A stretch of DNA of 64,000 nt from an uncultured candidate division Zixibacteria bacterium (GTDB lineage Bacteria; Zixibacteria; MSB-5A5; GN15; FEB-12): the NCBI GenBank assembly GCA_963806185.1, contig CAWDXE010000004.1, forward strand, positions 64,001 to 128,000. The letters run 5' to 3'. Below the pieces are notes generated by a model, which saw only the letters and a list, made by a program, of their open reading frames with translations, made no database searches and had not been told where the DNA came from. A program made the translations under genes and the position numbers. Of the stretch, positions 9,044-19,777 are shown piece after piece (within the stretch, counting starts at the first letter, position 1; every line of letters begins with the position of its first letter).

Positions 9044-11412
9044 ATGAGCCAGCGTTGGTTGACAATCTTCCTCATTCTAGTCGCGGTTGCCGCCGTGGCC
9101 GCACCTGCCAGACAGGATCCCAATCAGCCGCGACAAGTTTTCATCGGTGTATTCGAGGGCGGCGATTACGTTCTGCACGGAGATATCCGCGAAGCCTACC
9201 GTTCTGCTCTCGAATCTATCCTCCCCGATTCGATTCGGGCCGTCTTTGTCCCCATCGGTTTCAAGTCGGCCGAATGGGATCGGGAGAAATCCCGACAAAT
9301 GGCCCGCGAACTCGCCGCCAACAAATCAATTGATCTTGTTCTCGCCTTGGGACCATGGACCGTCGAAGATCTCCTCGCGGCCGGTTTTGACCGTCCCATT
9401 GTGGCCGTCCACCGTTTTCACCCGGTCGCCGAAGCTCTTGTCGACAGGACCGGTCGCCCCGTCGTCGATAATCTCACCGTCCAGGTCTCGCCCCAAAAAC
9501 TGCTCAATGACATCCGAGCCCTGACTTCGATGACCAGCGTAAAGCGGCTTGGTGTTCTCTTTTTCCCACCGACGGTGACTCGATCGCCGTAGCTGCCCAG
9601 TTCGATTCACTCGGCAAGCAGGGTGGATTTGAAGTTGTGACCGCCCGAGGCTATAATGTTAAGGGTACATTTGCGTACTTCCGCTCGTACCAGAGCCTCC
9701 CCAAGAAGATAGACGCTCTCTATGTCGGCCCCCTGTGGGGTATCGAAACAGCCGCCATCAGAGAGTTTTTCGCCCAGGTCCAACGCGACCACATTCCGAC
9801 TTTCAGTGCCGATGGCCGGGTTATGGTTGAGCGCGGCGCTTTGGCCTCGGTTGCCGCACAGAACATAACGATGCCGGCTCGCTTTGCCGCCTGGAAGACC
9901 GCCCGCATCATCGAGGGCGCCATTCCCGCCGACTTGCCAACGACCTTGAACGCGGAAATCTCCTGGTCCATGAACGAAACCGCCGCTCTGGTCCTGGGCA
10001 TTCGCATCCCCGACAACGTCCGTATGCACGGATACGTTGTCCCCACTCCGCCCGACTCGGAAGAAGTCACTCTCAGCATTGTTGATGCTCTCGAACGCGC
10101 CCGTCAGCAGAACACCGGCTATCTTGCCACTTACGACCGCATCCGCGCCGCCGCCGCATCGGCCGGCCAGGCCAGATCGGCCTTGCTCCCCGAACTTTCG
10201 GCCGACGCTTCTCTGTTTTATGCCGACGACAACACCGTTGCCAACGAACGTGACCTCTCCTCCAACGAGCGCGCCATCGGCAACCTCCGCATGGAGTGGA
10301 CGCCGTTCTCACTCGAAGCGATCCGCGCCGCTCAGTCAATTGCCAAACGAGAGCGAATTGCGCAGATCGATCAGACCGCCGCCAATCTTGATCTCGCCAA
10401 TGCCCTTACCGCCGCGTTCAGTGCCGCCTACCATGCGACCCAGGCCGTTGCCGCCCAACATGATTATCTGCAGGCCGTGGAACAGGCGATCGAAGTGGCC
10501 ACGGTTCGTGCCACCTACGAAACCAATGAGCGGTTTGATCTCTCTCGCCTGCAATCTGAGCAATATTCGGCGACGGTCGCTTTCCGCCAGTCGGAAGCCG
10601 ATCGTGACGTTGCGCAAAATCTTCTGAATTCGCTGCTCGGCCAACCACCCGACCAGCCGCTACGGCTCAACGAACAAAACCTCTCTGAAAAGGAAATCGC
10701 CCGCGAAATCGCCGGCTGGCAAATTGTGGCCCCCGACAAGCCCGCCCGCAACGCCATCGCCGAATACCTTACTAAGATCGCAGGAGAGAATAACCCCCAA
10801 ATGACGCGCTCGCGCACGGTTGCCGAACAGAAGCGACTGGACATTGCCCGAAGCAACGCCGGACGACTGCCGCGACTCGGCTTCTCAGCCCGGCTGAGCT
10901 ATGTCGATTCCTTGGCCAACGTCGCCGGTTTCGAGGAGAAACACACGGTCGGGCGAGTCGGTGCGACCCTGTCTCTGCCCATTTTCTTCGGTAATCACGG
11001 GAAGCGCGAACGAGATGAGTTGAAGGCGACTATCAGCGAGATCGAATATAAGCGTGATAATACGCGCCTCGACATTGCTCGTCAGATCTCCGACAATCTC
11101 CTGAAGATGTATACCGAGACGTACACCATCGTCACAATCGCTCAGGCCGAACCACTCGCTTCGGAACACTACGGCCTGGCGGTGGCTCGCTTCAACAAAA
11201 CTCCCGGAACAGTCAACGATCTGCTCGACGCCGCCCGCAATTTGCGCGACGTTCGCCTGTCTCTGCTCGCCAACGTACATGAGTACCTCGCCGCCGGAGC
11301 CGCCCTCCTTCAGTTGACCGGTTGGTCGATTGGCCCTGATCAGATTACTCCGGGAGACGCACTGCTCACCCATTTGGCGGCTCAATTTCCCGTGCCCGAA
11401 GATGAGCGCTGA
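9044..11412 (+). CDS. ABC substrate-binding-like domain fused to TolC-family outer membrane efflux protein (one frameshift near 9565)
   Basis: Signal peptide MSQRWLTIF; adding one base in TTTTCCCACC joins ORF 9044-9592 to 9637-11412; DALYVGP..IPTFSADG...VERGALAS then TolC pattern LSIVDALERA...ARSALLPEL...LPRLGF..LSLPIF. Confidence 0.75.
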
Positions 11413-12520
11413 TTCGTCCGGACCGCATTCCGTTTCTGATCTTGACACGCCCGTACTCCTTATTGAATCATCCGTCCTGGATCAGAATCTTGATCGCATG
11501 CAGGCTCTTGCGGCGCGCTATGGTCTTAAGCTCCGCCCTCACGTCAAAACCCACAAATGCGTTTCCCTGGCCAGGCGCCAGCTTGCTTTGGGAGCTGTCG
11601 GCGTCGCCGTGGCGAAGCTGAGCGAAGCTGAGGTTATGGCTGCCGCCGGCATCGACGATATCCAGATTGCCAATCAGGTCGTCGGCCCCCTGAAACTCGA
11701 CCGCTTCCATCACCTGGCCCAACAAATCCGCCTGTCGTGTGCTGTCGACTCGGAAGCCCAGGTCTGCCCGCTGGCAAAGACGTTCACCAGCCGGCATCCC
11801 GCTCGTGTTTTCATCGAAGTCAATTCCGGTCTGAATCGCGCCGGCGTCTCGACAATTCCCGATGCCGTTGCCTTGGCCCGTAGGATTTCATCCTTCTCGA
11901 CCCTCGGCCTTCAGGGCTTGCTTACCCACGCCGGTCATGCCTATGCCGCGAAGAGCAAAGCCGAATTAGAGCAGGTCGGTCGCAGTGAGGGAGAGCAACT
12001 CATCGCAATGGCCAATGCTATCCGTGCTGAAGGCATTGCTGTTCACGTCATCTCGGTCGGCTCAACGCCAACGGCTTCCTACGTCGCGGCCGTGCCCGGT
12101 GTCACCGAGTTGCGCGTCGGGAATTACATATTCAATGACATGAATCAGGTCTCGCTCGGCATTGCGTCCGTTGCCGACTGCGCGCTTACGGTCCTGACTA
12201 CCGTCATCAGTCGTCCTGCCTCGGATCGGGTAATCATCGATGCCGGCGCCAAGGCGCTTGCTCTGGACCGCGGCGCCCACGGTTCCGGCACGCTCTTCGG
12301 ATACGGTCATCTGGTGGGATATGAGGGCATATTGTCTCGCTTGTCGGAAGAGCACGGGATCATCGAATCGGCCGATCGTCGTCTGAAGGTCGGCGACCGT
12401 CTGCGCATCATTCCGAATCACGCTTGTCCCGTGGTGAATCTATTCGATTGCCTCTATCTGGTCGACCGCGACAACGTCGTGGATCGCCTCACGGTCGACG
12501 CTCGCGGACGGATGCTCTGA
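11402..12520 (+). CDS. Alanine-racemase-fold PLP enzyme (D-threonine aldolase/D-serine dehydratase-like)
   Basis: LDTPVLLI, LRPHVKTHK (PLP Lys), GSTPT, ELRVGNYIFND, DAGAKAL, LSEEHG, PNHACPVVNL. Confidence 0.9.
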   Translation: MSADSSGPHSVSDLDTPVLLIESSVLDQNLDRMQALAARYGLKLRPHVKTHKCVSLARRQLALGAVGVAVAKLSEAEVMAAAGIDDIQIANQVVGPLKLDRFHHLAQQIRLSCAVDSEAQVCPLAKTFTSRHPARVFIEVNSGLNRAGVSTIPDAVALARRISSFSTLGLQGLLTHAGHAYAAKSKAELEQVGRSEGEQLIAMANAIRAEGIAVHVISVGSTPTASYVAAVPGVTELRVGNYIFNDMNQVSLGIASVADCALTVLTTVISRPASDRVIIDAGAKALALDRGAHGSGTLFGYGHLVGYEGILSRLSEEHGIIESADRRLKVGDRLRIIPNHACPVVNLFDCLYLVDRDNVVDRLTVDARGRML

Positions 12521-13192
12521 TAACCCTCGCGTCCATTGCTCCCGCCACTCCGGGTAATTGAGGCAAAAGGCGAAGATGTAAATAGCGCCGAGAATTCCGA
12601 TCGCCAGCTTTCGTGTAATTCGCCATCCCGCCGTGTCGGCAAATTCAGGCGCTGCTTGCCCCTTCCGAACCAGCATCAACGCCCGCCCGTAGTTCACGAG
12701 CGATACGACGATGAGAGCCATCGCTATGAACATCAGGAATTGCTCACCGAATGGAAAACGGATCACGTAGCTTCCGAGAAGTACGATTACCGCAGAGAAG
12801 GCGTACTTTCCGGAGAGATTCGAGGGCATTGGGGCCCCCGTTCGCCCTAAGAGAAACATCGCCGCCACCAGTATTACCAAATCCCGTCCAACAATCACGA
12901 ACGCCGCCCAGACGGGGAAATCACGGGTCACGACCAGTGCCACAACGAGTATTGCAGCGAATACCTTGTCGGCCACCGGATCGAGAATCAATCCCAGCCT
13001 CCCCTTTTCGGCGCGCCGTCGAGCCACCATTCCATCCAATCCGTCGGTGATACCCGCCACCACAATCGTCACCGCCGCAGCTAAAAGCATGTCATACCCC
13101 GGTCGACTCAAAAAATACCACGCCGGCACCGACAGCACGATTCGTGACATACTCAGCAAGTTTTCCAACCAGATCCATTCGCGGGCTTGCAT
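12440..13192 (-). CDS. CDP-alcohol phosphatidyltransferase (PgsA-like)
   Basis: TDGLDGMVARR....LGLILDPVADK signature; multiple TM helices. Confidence 0.9.
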   Translation of the reverse strand: MQAREWIWLENLLSMSRIVLSVPAWYFLSRPGYDMLLAAAVTIVVAGITDGLDGMVARRRAEKGRLGLILDPVADKVFAAILVVALVVTRDFPVWAAFVIVGRDLVILVAAMFLLGRTGAPMPSNLSGKYAFSAVIVLLGSYVIRFPFGEQFLMFIAMALIVVSLVNYGRALMLVRKGQAAPEFADTAGWRITRKLAIGILGAIYIFAFCLNYPEWREQWTRGLSEHPSASVDREAIHDVVAVDQIEAIE

Positions 13193-13299
13193 GGGGAAGA
13201 AGATAGCAGAGAGATCGCAATCAGAGACGCTTTAAAAAGCCACCGGGCAAGCTTGACTCGTCCACAGGGATAGACGAGCCAAGTTGCCCAGATCGACTT

Positions 13300-13371
13300 T
13301 AGCGGTACGGGGGATCGAACCCCGGTTTGATGGCTGAGAACCATCCGTCCTAACCACTAGACGATACCGCC
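13300..13371 (-). tRNA. tRNA-Glu (anticodon CTC), CCA not encoded
   Basis: Minus strand GGCGGTATCGTCTAGTGGTTAGGACGGATGGTTCTCAGCCATCAAACCGGGGTTCGATCCCCCGTACCGCTA folds as a cloverleaf. Confidence 0.95.
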
Positions 13372-13594
13372 GATTCAATGCGCACTGCTAAAAAAGCAAC
13401 GCGCGTAAGTACGATTGTTCAAAACACTCTGTCAAGCATTCGTAATCCATTGTACGACAATACGTTATGGCGATCGTCTCCGATAATCATAAGCGGGCGA
13501 ACATCTTAATACAACTCAGTTTTTTGCCCCTATTCATACCTTTTTTTTGCCCCTCTCAGCCCCTCTTGGCATGCCGTGTGTCATAATGGCATGT

Positions 13595-13972
13595 CTAATT
13601 GGCGGCCTTGCTCCGCCGATACTCGAGCCAAACCACCTGCCCCTCCCGACCAGGCTTATACTCCAACAACTTACTCACGTAGAAATAGACGTTCCCATCG
13701 ATCTCCACCTCCCCGCGACCCTCTTGCCCTCTTTCCGGGCGCTCAAACTGTGTGGCCAGCCGACGGGCCGAGCGACGGTCAAACAGGACCAACCCGGGAC
13801 TCGCATAGACCAATCGGCCCTGCTCGTCAAAAATCACCATTGGCCCGGCTTGAACCTGTAAGGCCGCCCGAAATATCGCCAGGTGTGTGCGATCCCTGTT
13901 CCACATCCACACGATGCCGAGCACAACCGCCGAAACAAGTACGGCAGTCCAGAGTAGTCCGCTGATTTCCAT
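13595..13972 (-). CDS. Small membrane-anchored protein with PAS-like region
   Basis: N-terminal TM helix followed by PMVIFDEQGRLVYAS (PAS-like). Confidence 0.55.
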   Translation of the reverse strand: MEISGLLWTAVLVSAVVLGIVWMWNRDRTHLAIFRAALQVQAGPMVIFDEQGRLVYASPGLVLFDRRSARRLATQFERPERGQEGRGEVEIDGNVYFYVSKLLEYKPGREGQVVWLEYRRSKAAN

Positions 13973-14100
13973 ATGCTGCTTAATATACGTATTTCACATG
14001 CCTCGCCGATACAATCGCGATTCACTTTCCCCTTTTGATTTGATTAACCGAGTAGCGGCGGATATATTCGACGGATGAGCTGCTGCACTGGAGGTTCACC

Positions 14101-16613
14101 ATGGCGATAACTCGCCCGTCCTTGTCTCCCCACCGTTCCCTCACTGTCGACGAACTCTCGTACCTTGTCAAATACGCCCCCAAAGGACTGAAGACGTCCG
14201 ATAACATTCAGCCGACCGAAGACATCATCGGCCAGAAGCGCGCGATCGATGCTATTCGGCTCGGCCTGAGTGTCCACAGCCGAGGCTACAACATCTTTGT
14301 GACCGGCATCGCGGGCACCGGCCGCAGCTCCACTATCAAACACCTGCTGGAACAACTCGATCACGATCGCCCGCAGTTGCACGACGTCTGCTACGTCAAT
14401 AATTTCAAGAACGCCGACAGCCCGATCATTCTTCAGTTCAACTCCGGGGAAGGCAAGAAGTTCAAGAAGGACATGGCCTACCTGGTCGAATCGCTGCGCA
14501 AAGTGGTTCCCAAAATTTTCCTGAGCGAGGACTACAAGGATCGTTACAGCCGCGTGGTTCGCGAATTCGAAAACCGACAGAAAGAATTGATCGCCAAGTT
14601 CGAGGACAAACTGGGCAAGGGCGGCTTTGTCATGGTGCAGGTGCAATCCGCTCTCGGCGTGCGCAATGAAATCCATCCGCTGATCGACAATGAACCCGTC
14701 TCCCTCGAGAAACTGGAAAAACTCAGCAAGGAAGGCAAGTTCGCCGCCGCCCAGCTCGACGAATTCCGCCGCCGCTGGGATTCTCTCCGGCGCGACTTCG
14801 ACCTCACCACCGTTGAATCCAAGAAGTTGAACACCAAACTTGATGACGCTCTGGAGCGCTTGAACAGCTCCATGGTCGTGCCGCTTATCGCCGACAAGAT
14901 CAACCTCCTCAAACGCCGGTACCCCAATGACAAAGTGATGCGGTATCTCGAGGATGCTCAGGAAGCGCTCTCGTCCGACCTCGATCGCTTCCGTGAAGCC
15001 GGCCCCCGCCGGGGTGAGGAAGAGGCCCCCTCGTTTCGCAAACGCGAACCGTTTGAGGAATTCTCGGTCAACCTCGTTCTTGATAACTCCGAGACCAGCG
15101 GCGTCCCCATCATTATAGAGAAGTCCCCCTCATACCGAAATCTCTTCGGCTCCGTCGAGCGCGTCGTCGACCGTTTCGGATACTGGCGCACCGACTACAC
15201 CCGCATCACGGCCGGCTCACTGCTCAAAGCTTCCGGCGGCTTTCTGGTCGTCAACGCCCTTGATCTGCTCTCCGAGCCGGGTGTCTGGACACCCCTCAAA
15301 CGCGCCTTGCGCAACGGCGAGATGGAAATCGCATCCTATGATCCGTTCTACATGATGGCCGGTTCCGGCATCAAGCCGGAATCCATCCCTTTGCACGTGA
15401 AGGTTGTCCTTATCGGCGACGCGAATATCTACCGGCTCCTCTGGCAGTTCGATGAAGACTTCAAGATGATCTTCAAGGTCAAAGCCGAGTTCGACACCAC
15501 GATGGACGTCGCCGATCGCAACATCAATCTCTATTACCGGTTCATCAAACGGATCATCGTCGATGACAATCTTCTCGCTTTCGACCTCAGCGGCATGCAG
15601 GCGATTGTCGAGTATGCGCGCCGCCTGGCCGGTCACCGCAAGAAACTCTCCGTCCGCTTCACCAACATCGCCGACATGATACGCGAGGCCGAAATTTGCG
15701 CCCGCGATCGGAATGCCAAAAACGTGACTCGCCCCGATGTCCATTGCGCCATCCAGAAGAAACGGCAACGGGTCAACTGGTTGAGGACAAGATTCAGGAG
15801 ATGTTCGACGAAAACACGCTTATGGTCTCGCTTACCGGCGAAGCGGTCGGGCAGATCAACGGACTCTCCGTGTACAATGTCGGCGAATACCAGTTCGGCC
15901 GCCCCAGCCGCATTACCGTGAATACCTCGCTCGGCAAAGCGGGGGTCATCAATATCGAGCGTGAGGCGGACCTCTCCGGCCCGGTGCACGACAAGGGCGT
16001 GCTGGTCCTGAGCGGCTGGCTCCGCGAGACTTTCGCCCAGGACAAACCGCTCCAGATGTCGGCCTCGATTTCATTCGAGCAATCGTACGGCGGCGTCGAC
16101 GGCGATTCTGCTTCCTCGACTGAAATCTACGGCATCTTGTCGTCGCTGACCGGTATCCCGATACGCCAGTACATCGGCGTGACCGGCTCGGTCAACCAGA
16201 AGGGGCACATTCAGCCGATCGGCGGCGTGAATGAAAAAGTCGAGGGATTTTTCGACGCCTGCAAGAGCCGTGGCCTCACCGGCAAGCAGGGCGTGATGAT
16301 CCCGCACCAGAACGTACAGGACCTGCTCTTGCGCCCGGACGTGATCGCCGCGGTGAAAGCCGGCAAATTCCATATCTGGCCGATTAAGCTGATCACCGAA
16401 GGCATCGAGATTATCATGGGTCAGCCGGCCGGCAAACGCAACACCGCCGGAAAATTCACACCCGGTTCGGTGCTGGCGAAAGCGGACGATAAATTAAGGC
16501 AGATGGCGCTCGATATCGATCATTTCGGCCGTGACGAAAAGAAATCCAACGGCAAGGACAGGAACAACAACGACGTCGCCACCAAGCCGCGCCTGCGCAA
16601 ACGCGCGAAGTAG
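14101..16613 (+). CDS. Lon-like protease, LonC/AAA_32 type (one frameshift near 15775)
   Basis: IIGQKRA, GYNIFVTGIAGTGRSS, AGSLLKASGGFLVV, VKAEFD, then VGQINGL..FEQSYGGVDGDSAS..GGVNEKVEGFF in the next frame; GGAGG SD. Confidence 0.9.
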
Positions 16614-16743
16614 ATCCGGGCTTGGTCCCTACGTGATTTCATGCCTGGCGTACGTCTCCCGCCCCACGCTGTCGTTCCAACCAAGAGAAAACCGGCATGC
16701 TCTTCACACGCCGGTCATTAATCAATTACGATAGTCTTGGCGA

Positions 16744-17862
16744 CTACATCTTATCTGCCACCGCCTTCGCCATCTCGAGAGACGTATTCTTCCCACCCAT
16801 ATCATAGGTGCGAACCTTTCCCTCTTTGATGACCGTCGCAATCGCCCCTTCCAGATGTGCCGCCTTGTCCCGTTCTCCCAGCCAATCAAGCATCAGCTTG
16901 ACCGTCAGGAACATCGCCATCGGATTCACCTTGTACTGTCCGGCATACTTGGGAGCCGAGCCATGCGTCGGTTCGAACACGGCGTAATTGTCGCCGATAT
17001 TGCCCGACGCCGCAAAACCCAGCCCGCCGACCAATTGCGCGCAGAGGTCGGATATGATATCGCCGAACATATTCGATGTTACCAACACCGAGTAGTCGAG
17101 CGGGTTCTTGAGCAGCCACATGCACATGGCGTCGATGTTGGTCTCCCACAACTGAATGTTCGGATATTTCTTCGCCACCTCGCGTGCGGTGCGAATCATC
17201 AGGCCCGACGTTTCGCGGATCACGTTCGGTTTTTCGACGATCGTCACCGACTTCCGACCCTCTTTCTTGGCCAATTCAAACGCGTCGGTGATGATGTTTC
17301 TCGCACCGTTTTTCGTGATGATGCGCAGCGACAGCGCCATCTCGTTGCCCGGCGTCTTGTCAAAACGCGCCATCTTCTTATTGTGCTTTTTGAGCACGTC
17401 GCGCAGCTCATCCGGCACCGGATGGAATTCTATCCCCACATACAATCCTTCGGTGTTCTCGCGGAACACAACCAGGTCGATCCCTTCCTTGTAATTGAGC
17501 GGATTCCCCGGGTACGCCTTGCAGGGGCGAAGATTGGTGCGCAGATTGAATTCCTGGCGCATCCGCACGATCGGCGAATTGTACACTATCCCTTTGCCGC
17601 GAAACTCCGGCGCCAGCGCCGCCTCGGCCTCTTCTTTCGGCAGCGAGGTAATCGCGCCGAACAGACAGCAGTCGGTATTCTTCAGCAGATCGATCGTCCG
17701 ATCGGGCAGGGGATTGGCTTCTTTGCACCAGAACTCCCAGCCGATATCGCCATGAATATACTCGGCGTCGAGTTTCATCCTGTCGAGGACGATCTTCGCC
17801 GCTTCCATTACATCGTTGCCAACGCCGTCGCCCGGCAGCCAGGCGATCTTATACTTGGCCAT
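16744..17862 (-). CDS. Isocitrate/isopropylmalate dehydrogenase family protein
   Basis: LPGDGVG, FRENTEGLY, NMFGDIISDLCAQLVGGLG, FEPTHGSAPKYAG, TYDMGG; substrate not determinable. Confidence 0.93.
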   Translation of the reverse strand: MAKYKIAWLPGDGVGNDVMEAAKIVLDRMKLDAEYIHGDIGWEFWCKEANPLPDRTIDLLKNTDCCLFGAITSLPKEEAEAALAPEFRGKGIVYNSPIVRMRQEFNLRTNLRPCKAYPGNPLNYKEGIDLVVFRENTEGLYVGIEFHPVPDELRDVLKKHNKKMARFDKTPGNEMALSLRIITKNGARNIITDAFELAKKEGRKSVTIVEKPNVIRETSGLMIRTAREVAKKYPNIQLWETNIDAMCMWLLKNPLDYSVLVTSNMFGDIISDLCAQLVGGLGFAASGNIGDNYAVFEPTHGSAPKYAGQYKVNPMAMFLTVKLMLDWLGERDKAAHLEGAIATVIKEGKVRTYDMGGKNTSLEMAKAVADKM

Positions 17863-17885
17863 GTCCTCTCTCCTCTTGTCTCCAG

Positions 17886-18776
17886 CTATAAACGAACCGT
17901 CAAATTGATCAGATTTGACGAACCCAGATCATTCGAATACGGCACAAACGCATAGTCGGCGGCAAAATTATGCCACCGAAACGTTGCTCCGGCCGTGATG
18001 CTCTTCGTGTCGTAATTTGCCATGTAGCCCGCGCGCACCGACAGGCTCTCGTGCAATTTCGCCTCGGCTCCCAGATGCGCATGTATCTTCTCGTCAACAT
18101 ACACCAGGTCAAGGGCCGCCAGATAGCGATCAAAGCGATACGCGCCGCCCGCTCGGTAGGTCACTGGCAGAGTAATATCCCGCGAACCGGGTCGCCCCCC
18201 TGATTCCAGGATGAACGATGAGCCGATATTCGTCACCGATGCTCCCACCGTCAGGTCCGGTCGAACCTGCGCCAGCACGCCCAGATCGACATTAAACGCC
18301 GACCCGCGCCATTCATCGATCTTCTCAATAAACCACCCCACGCCGATCCCGGCCGCCACCTTGTTGGTCAGCTGATACGCCACCCCCACCTTGAAAGACA
18401 TATCCGCCGCGCTGAATAGGGTGACCGGATCACTCGACGGAATCGTGCGCGCTTCGATATCATCCACCGTCGCATAGCGAATCCCGGCGTGTATATAGGT
18501 CTTGCCGCTCAGCGGTGTAGCCATGTATCCCGTCTCCAGACGGACATTATTCCAATAGGCGTTGTGACCAAACGATGCGCCGAATTGACTATTGCCGACG
18601 GCCGCCGCCGGATTGTACGACGGTGAGTGCGGATCATCTGCAATCGCCACAAACGCCGCGCCCATGCCTGACGGTCGTGCGCCGACGTCGACTTTCATCA
18701 AGGCGAGCCCATCAAGTGCCGCCACTCTGCCCACCGCCAGAACCAGTAAGATCCCAAGTGTCATAATTCGATTCAT
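17886..18776 (-). CDS. PorV/PorQ-family outer membrane beta-barrel
   Basis: Signal peptide, VGARPSGMGAAFVAIADD...YNPA motif, RAGY, DYAF near C-terminus. Confidence 0.85.
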   Translation of the reverse strand: MNRIMTLGILLVLAVGRVAALDGLALMKVDVGARPSGMGAAFVAIADDPHSPSYNPAAAVGNSQFGASFGHNAYWNNVRLETGYMATPLSGKTYIHAGIRYATVDDIEARTIPSSDPVTLFSAADMSFKVGVAYQLTNKVAAGIGVGWFIEKIDEWRGSAFNVDLGVLAQVRPDLTVGASVTNIGSSFILESGGRPGSRDITLPVTYRAGGAYRFDRYLAALDLVYVDEKIHAHLGAEAKLHESLSVRAGYMANYDTKSITAGATFRWHNFAADYAFVPYSNDLGSSNLINLTVRL

Positions 18777-18784
18777 GGCTTGCC

Positions 18785-19765
18785 TCAAAATAGAAAGTCC
18801 AGCGATATGATATGCTCCGATCCTTCGTCCGCCTTGTCAGTCGAGAAGGCGTAGTCGATGGCCAGCGTGTGCCGCGCAAAATTGAATATGTAACCTGTTC
18901 CGGCCGCCAGCCGATCATCGCCGTACCCGGCCCTCAGAGCAAACTGCGGACTGACAAAAAATTCACCACCCGCCCGAAAGATCAGACCCTGTTTTTCATT
19001 CTTGGACGCATCAAGATCTACCAGCAGCTTCCGATTGACGAACCTCGCCGATGTCCCCAGTGCGATTTCCACCGGGACTTTGTCTTCTTGCTGAAATCCG
19101 CTCGTCTCGGTCGTATACGCCATCAGGTAGTTGTCACTGTTCCATTTGTACTTTTCGTTGATATGCTTGATCGTCAGCCCGACCTGAATATCCTGAATGG
19201 GCATCTGATCCCGCTTCTCCCGATCGATGAGCTGGGACAGATATAGCATACCGCCGATATCGAAGCCTACTCCTGCCGCGCTCATCTTCGGAAGACGAGA
19301 ATAGACATAATTCAGGTTAACCCCGGCCGCGAAATAGCTCTCGAATCGCTTGGCAAAAATCGCCGAAAACTTGTGGTTGTGCATGGCCATCGCCTGATCC
19401 GCCAGGATTATCCCATCGCCGTCGCGCGCCTCAACCTCACCGCTCGCCGAATAGATCCAATTGAACCCGAGCACCGCTTCGTTTCGTATCGGCGACACGA
19501 CCATGGCGTACCCCAGCCGTCGATCCAGCTTCATTGCCCGATATGACGTCGACATCAGCACTCGATCAATGTTGGCCAGACCGGCCGGATTATACAGACT
19601 AGCCGCCCCGTCGTTGGATATCGCCGTATAGGCGCCGCCCATGGCCGTCGGACGGGCGCCCAACGGTACGTCGAACCAGGCGCCGGCATATCCGCCGTCA
19701 CCATCGGCAGCAAAACCGGCGGTCGAAAGGAGCAGACAAAATGTCAAAACTATGATCGTTCTCAT
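18785..19765 (-). CDS. PorV/PorQ-family outer membrane beta-barrel
   Basis: LGARPTAMGGAYTAISND...YNPAGL, LRAGY, IDYAF, HIISLDFLF terminal Phe. Confidence 0.85.
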   Translation of the reverse strand: MRTIIVLTFCLLLSTAGFAADGDGGYAGAWFDVPLGARPTAMGGAYTAISNDGAASLYNPAGLANIDRVLMSTSYRAMKLDRRLGYAMVVSPIRNEAVLGFNWIYSASGEVEARDGDGIILADQAMAMHNHKFSAIFAKRFESYFAAGVNLNYVYSRLPKMSAAGVGFDIGGMLYLSQLIDREKRDQMPIQDIQVGLTIKHINEKYKWNSDNYLMAYTTETSGFQQEDKVPVEIALGTSARFVNRKLLVDLDASKNEKQGLIFRAGGEFFVSPQFALRAGYGDDRLAAGTGYIFNFARHTLAIDYAFSTDKADEGSEHIISLDFLF

Positions 19766-19777
19766 CGTTGATTCCCC

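Noticed and set aside
12440..12520. 81-nt convergent overlap of the PLP enzyme and phosphatidyltransferase genes as a regulatory feature
   Set aside because: Probably a non-conserved C-terminal extension or an indel artefact; no other support
13300..13371. Integrated element at tRNA-Glu
   Set aside because: No integrase and no duplicated tRNA 3' end noticed in the window
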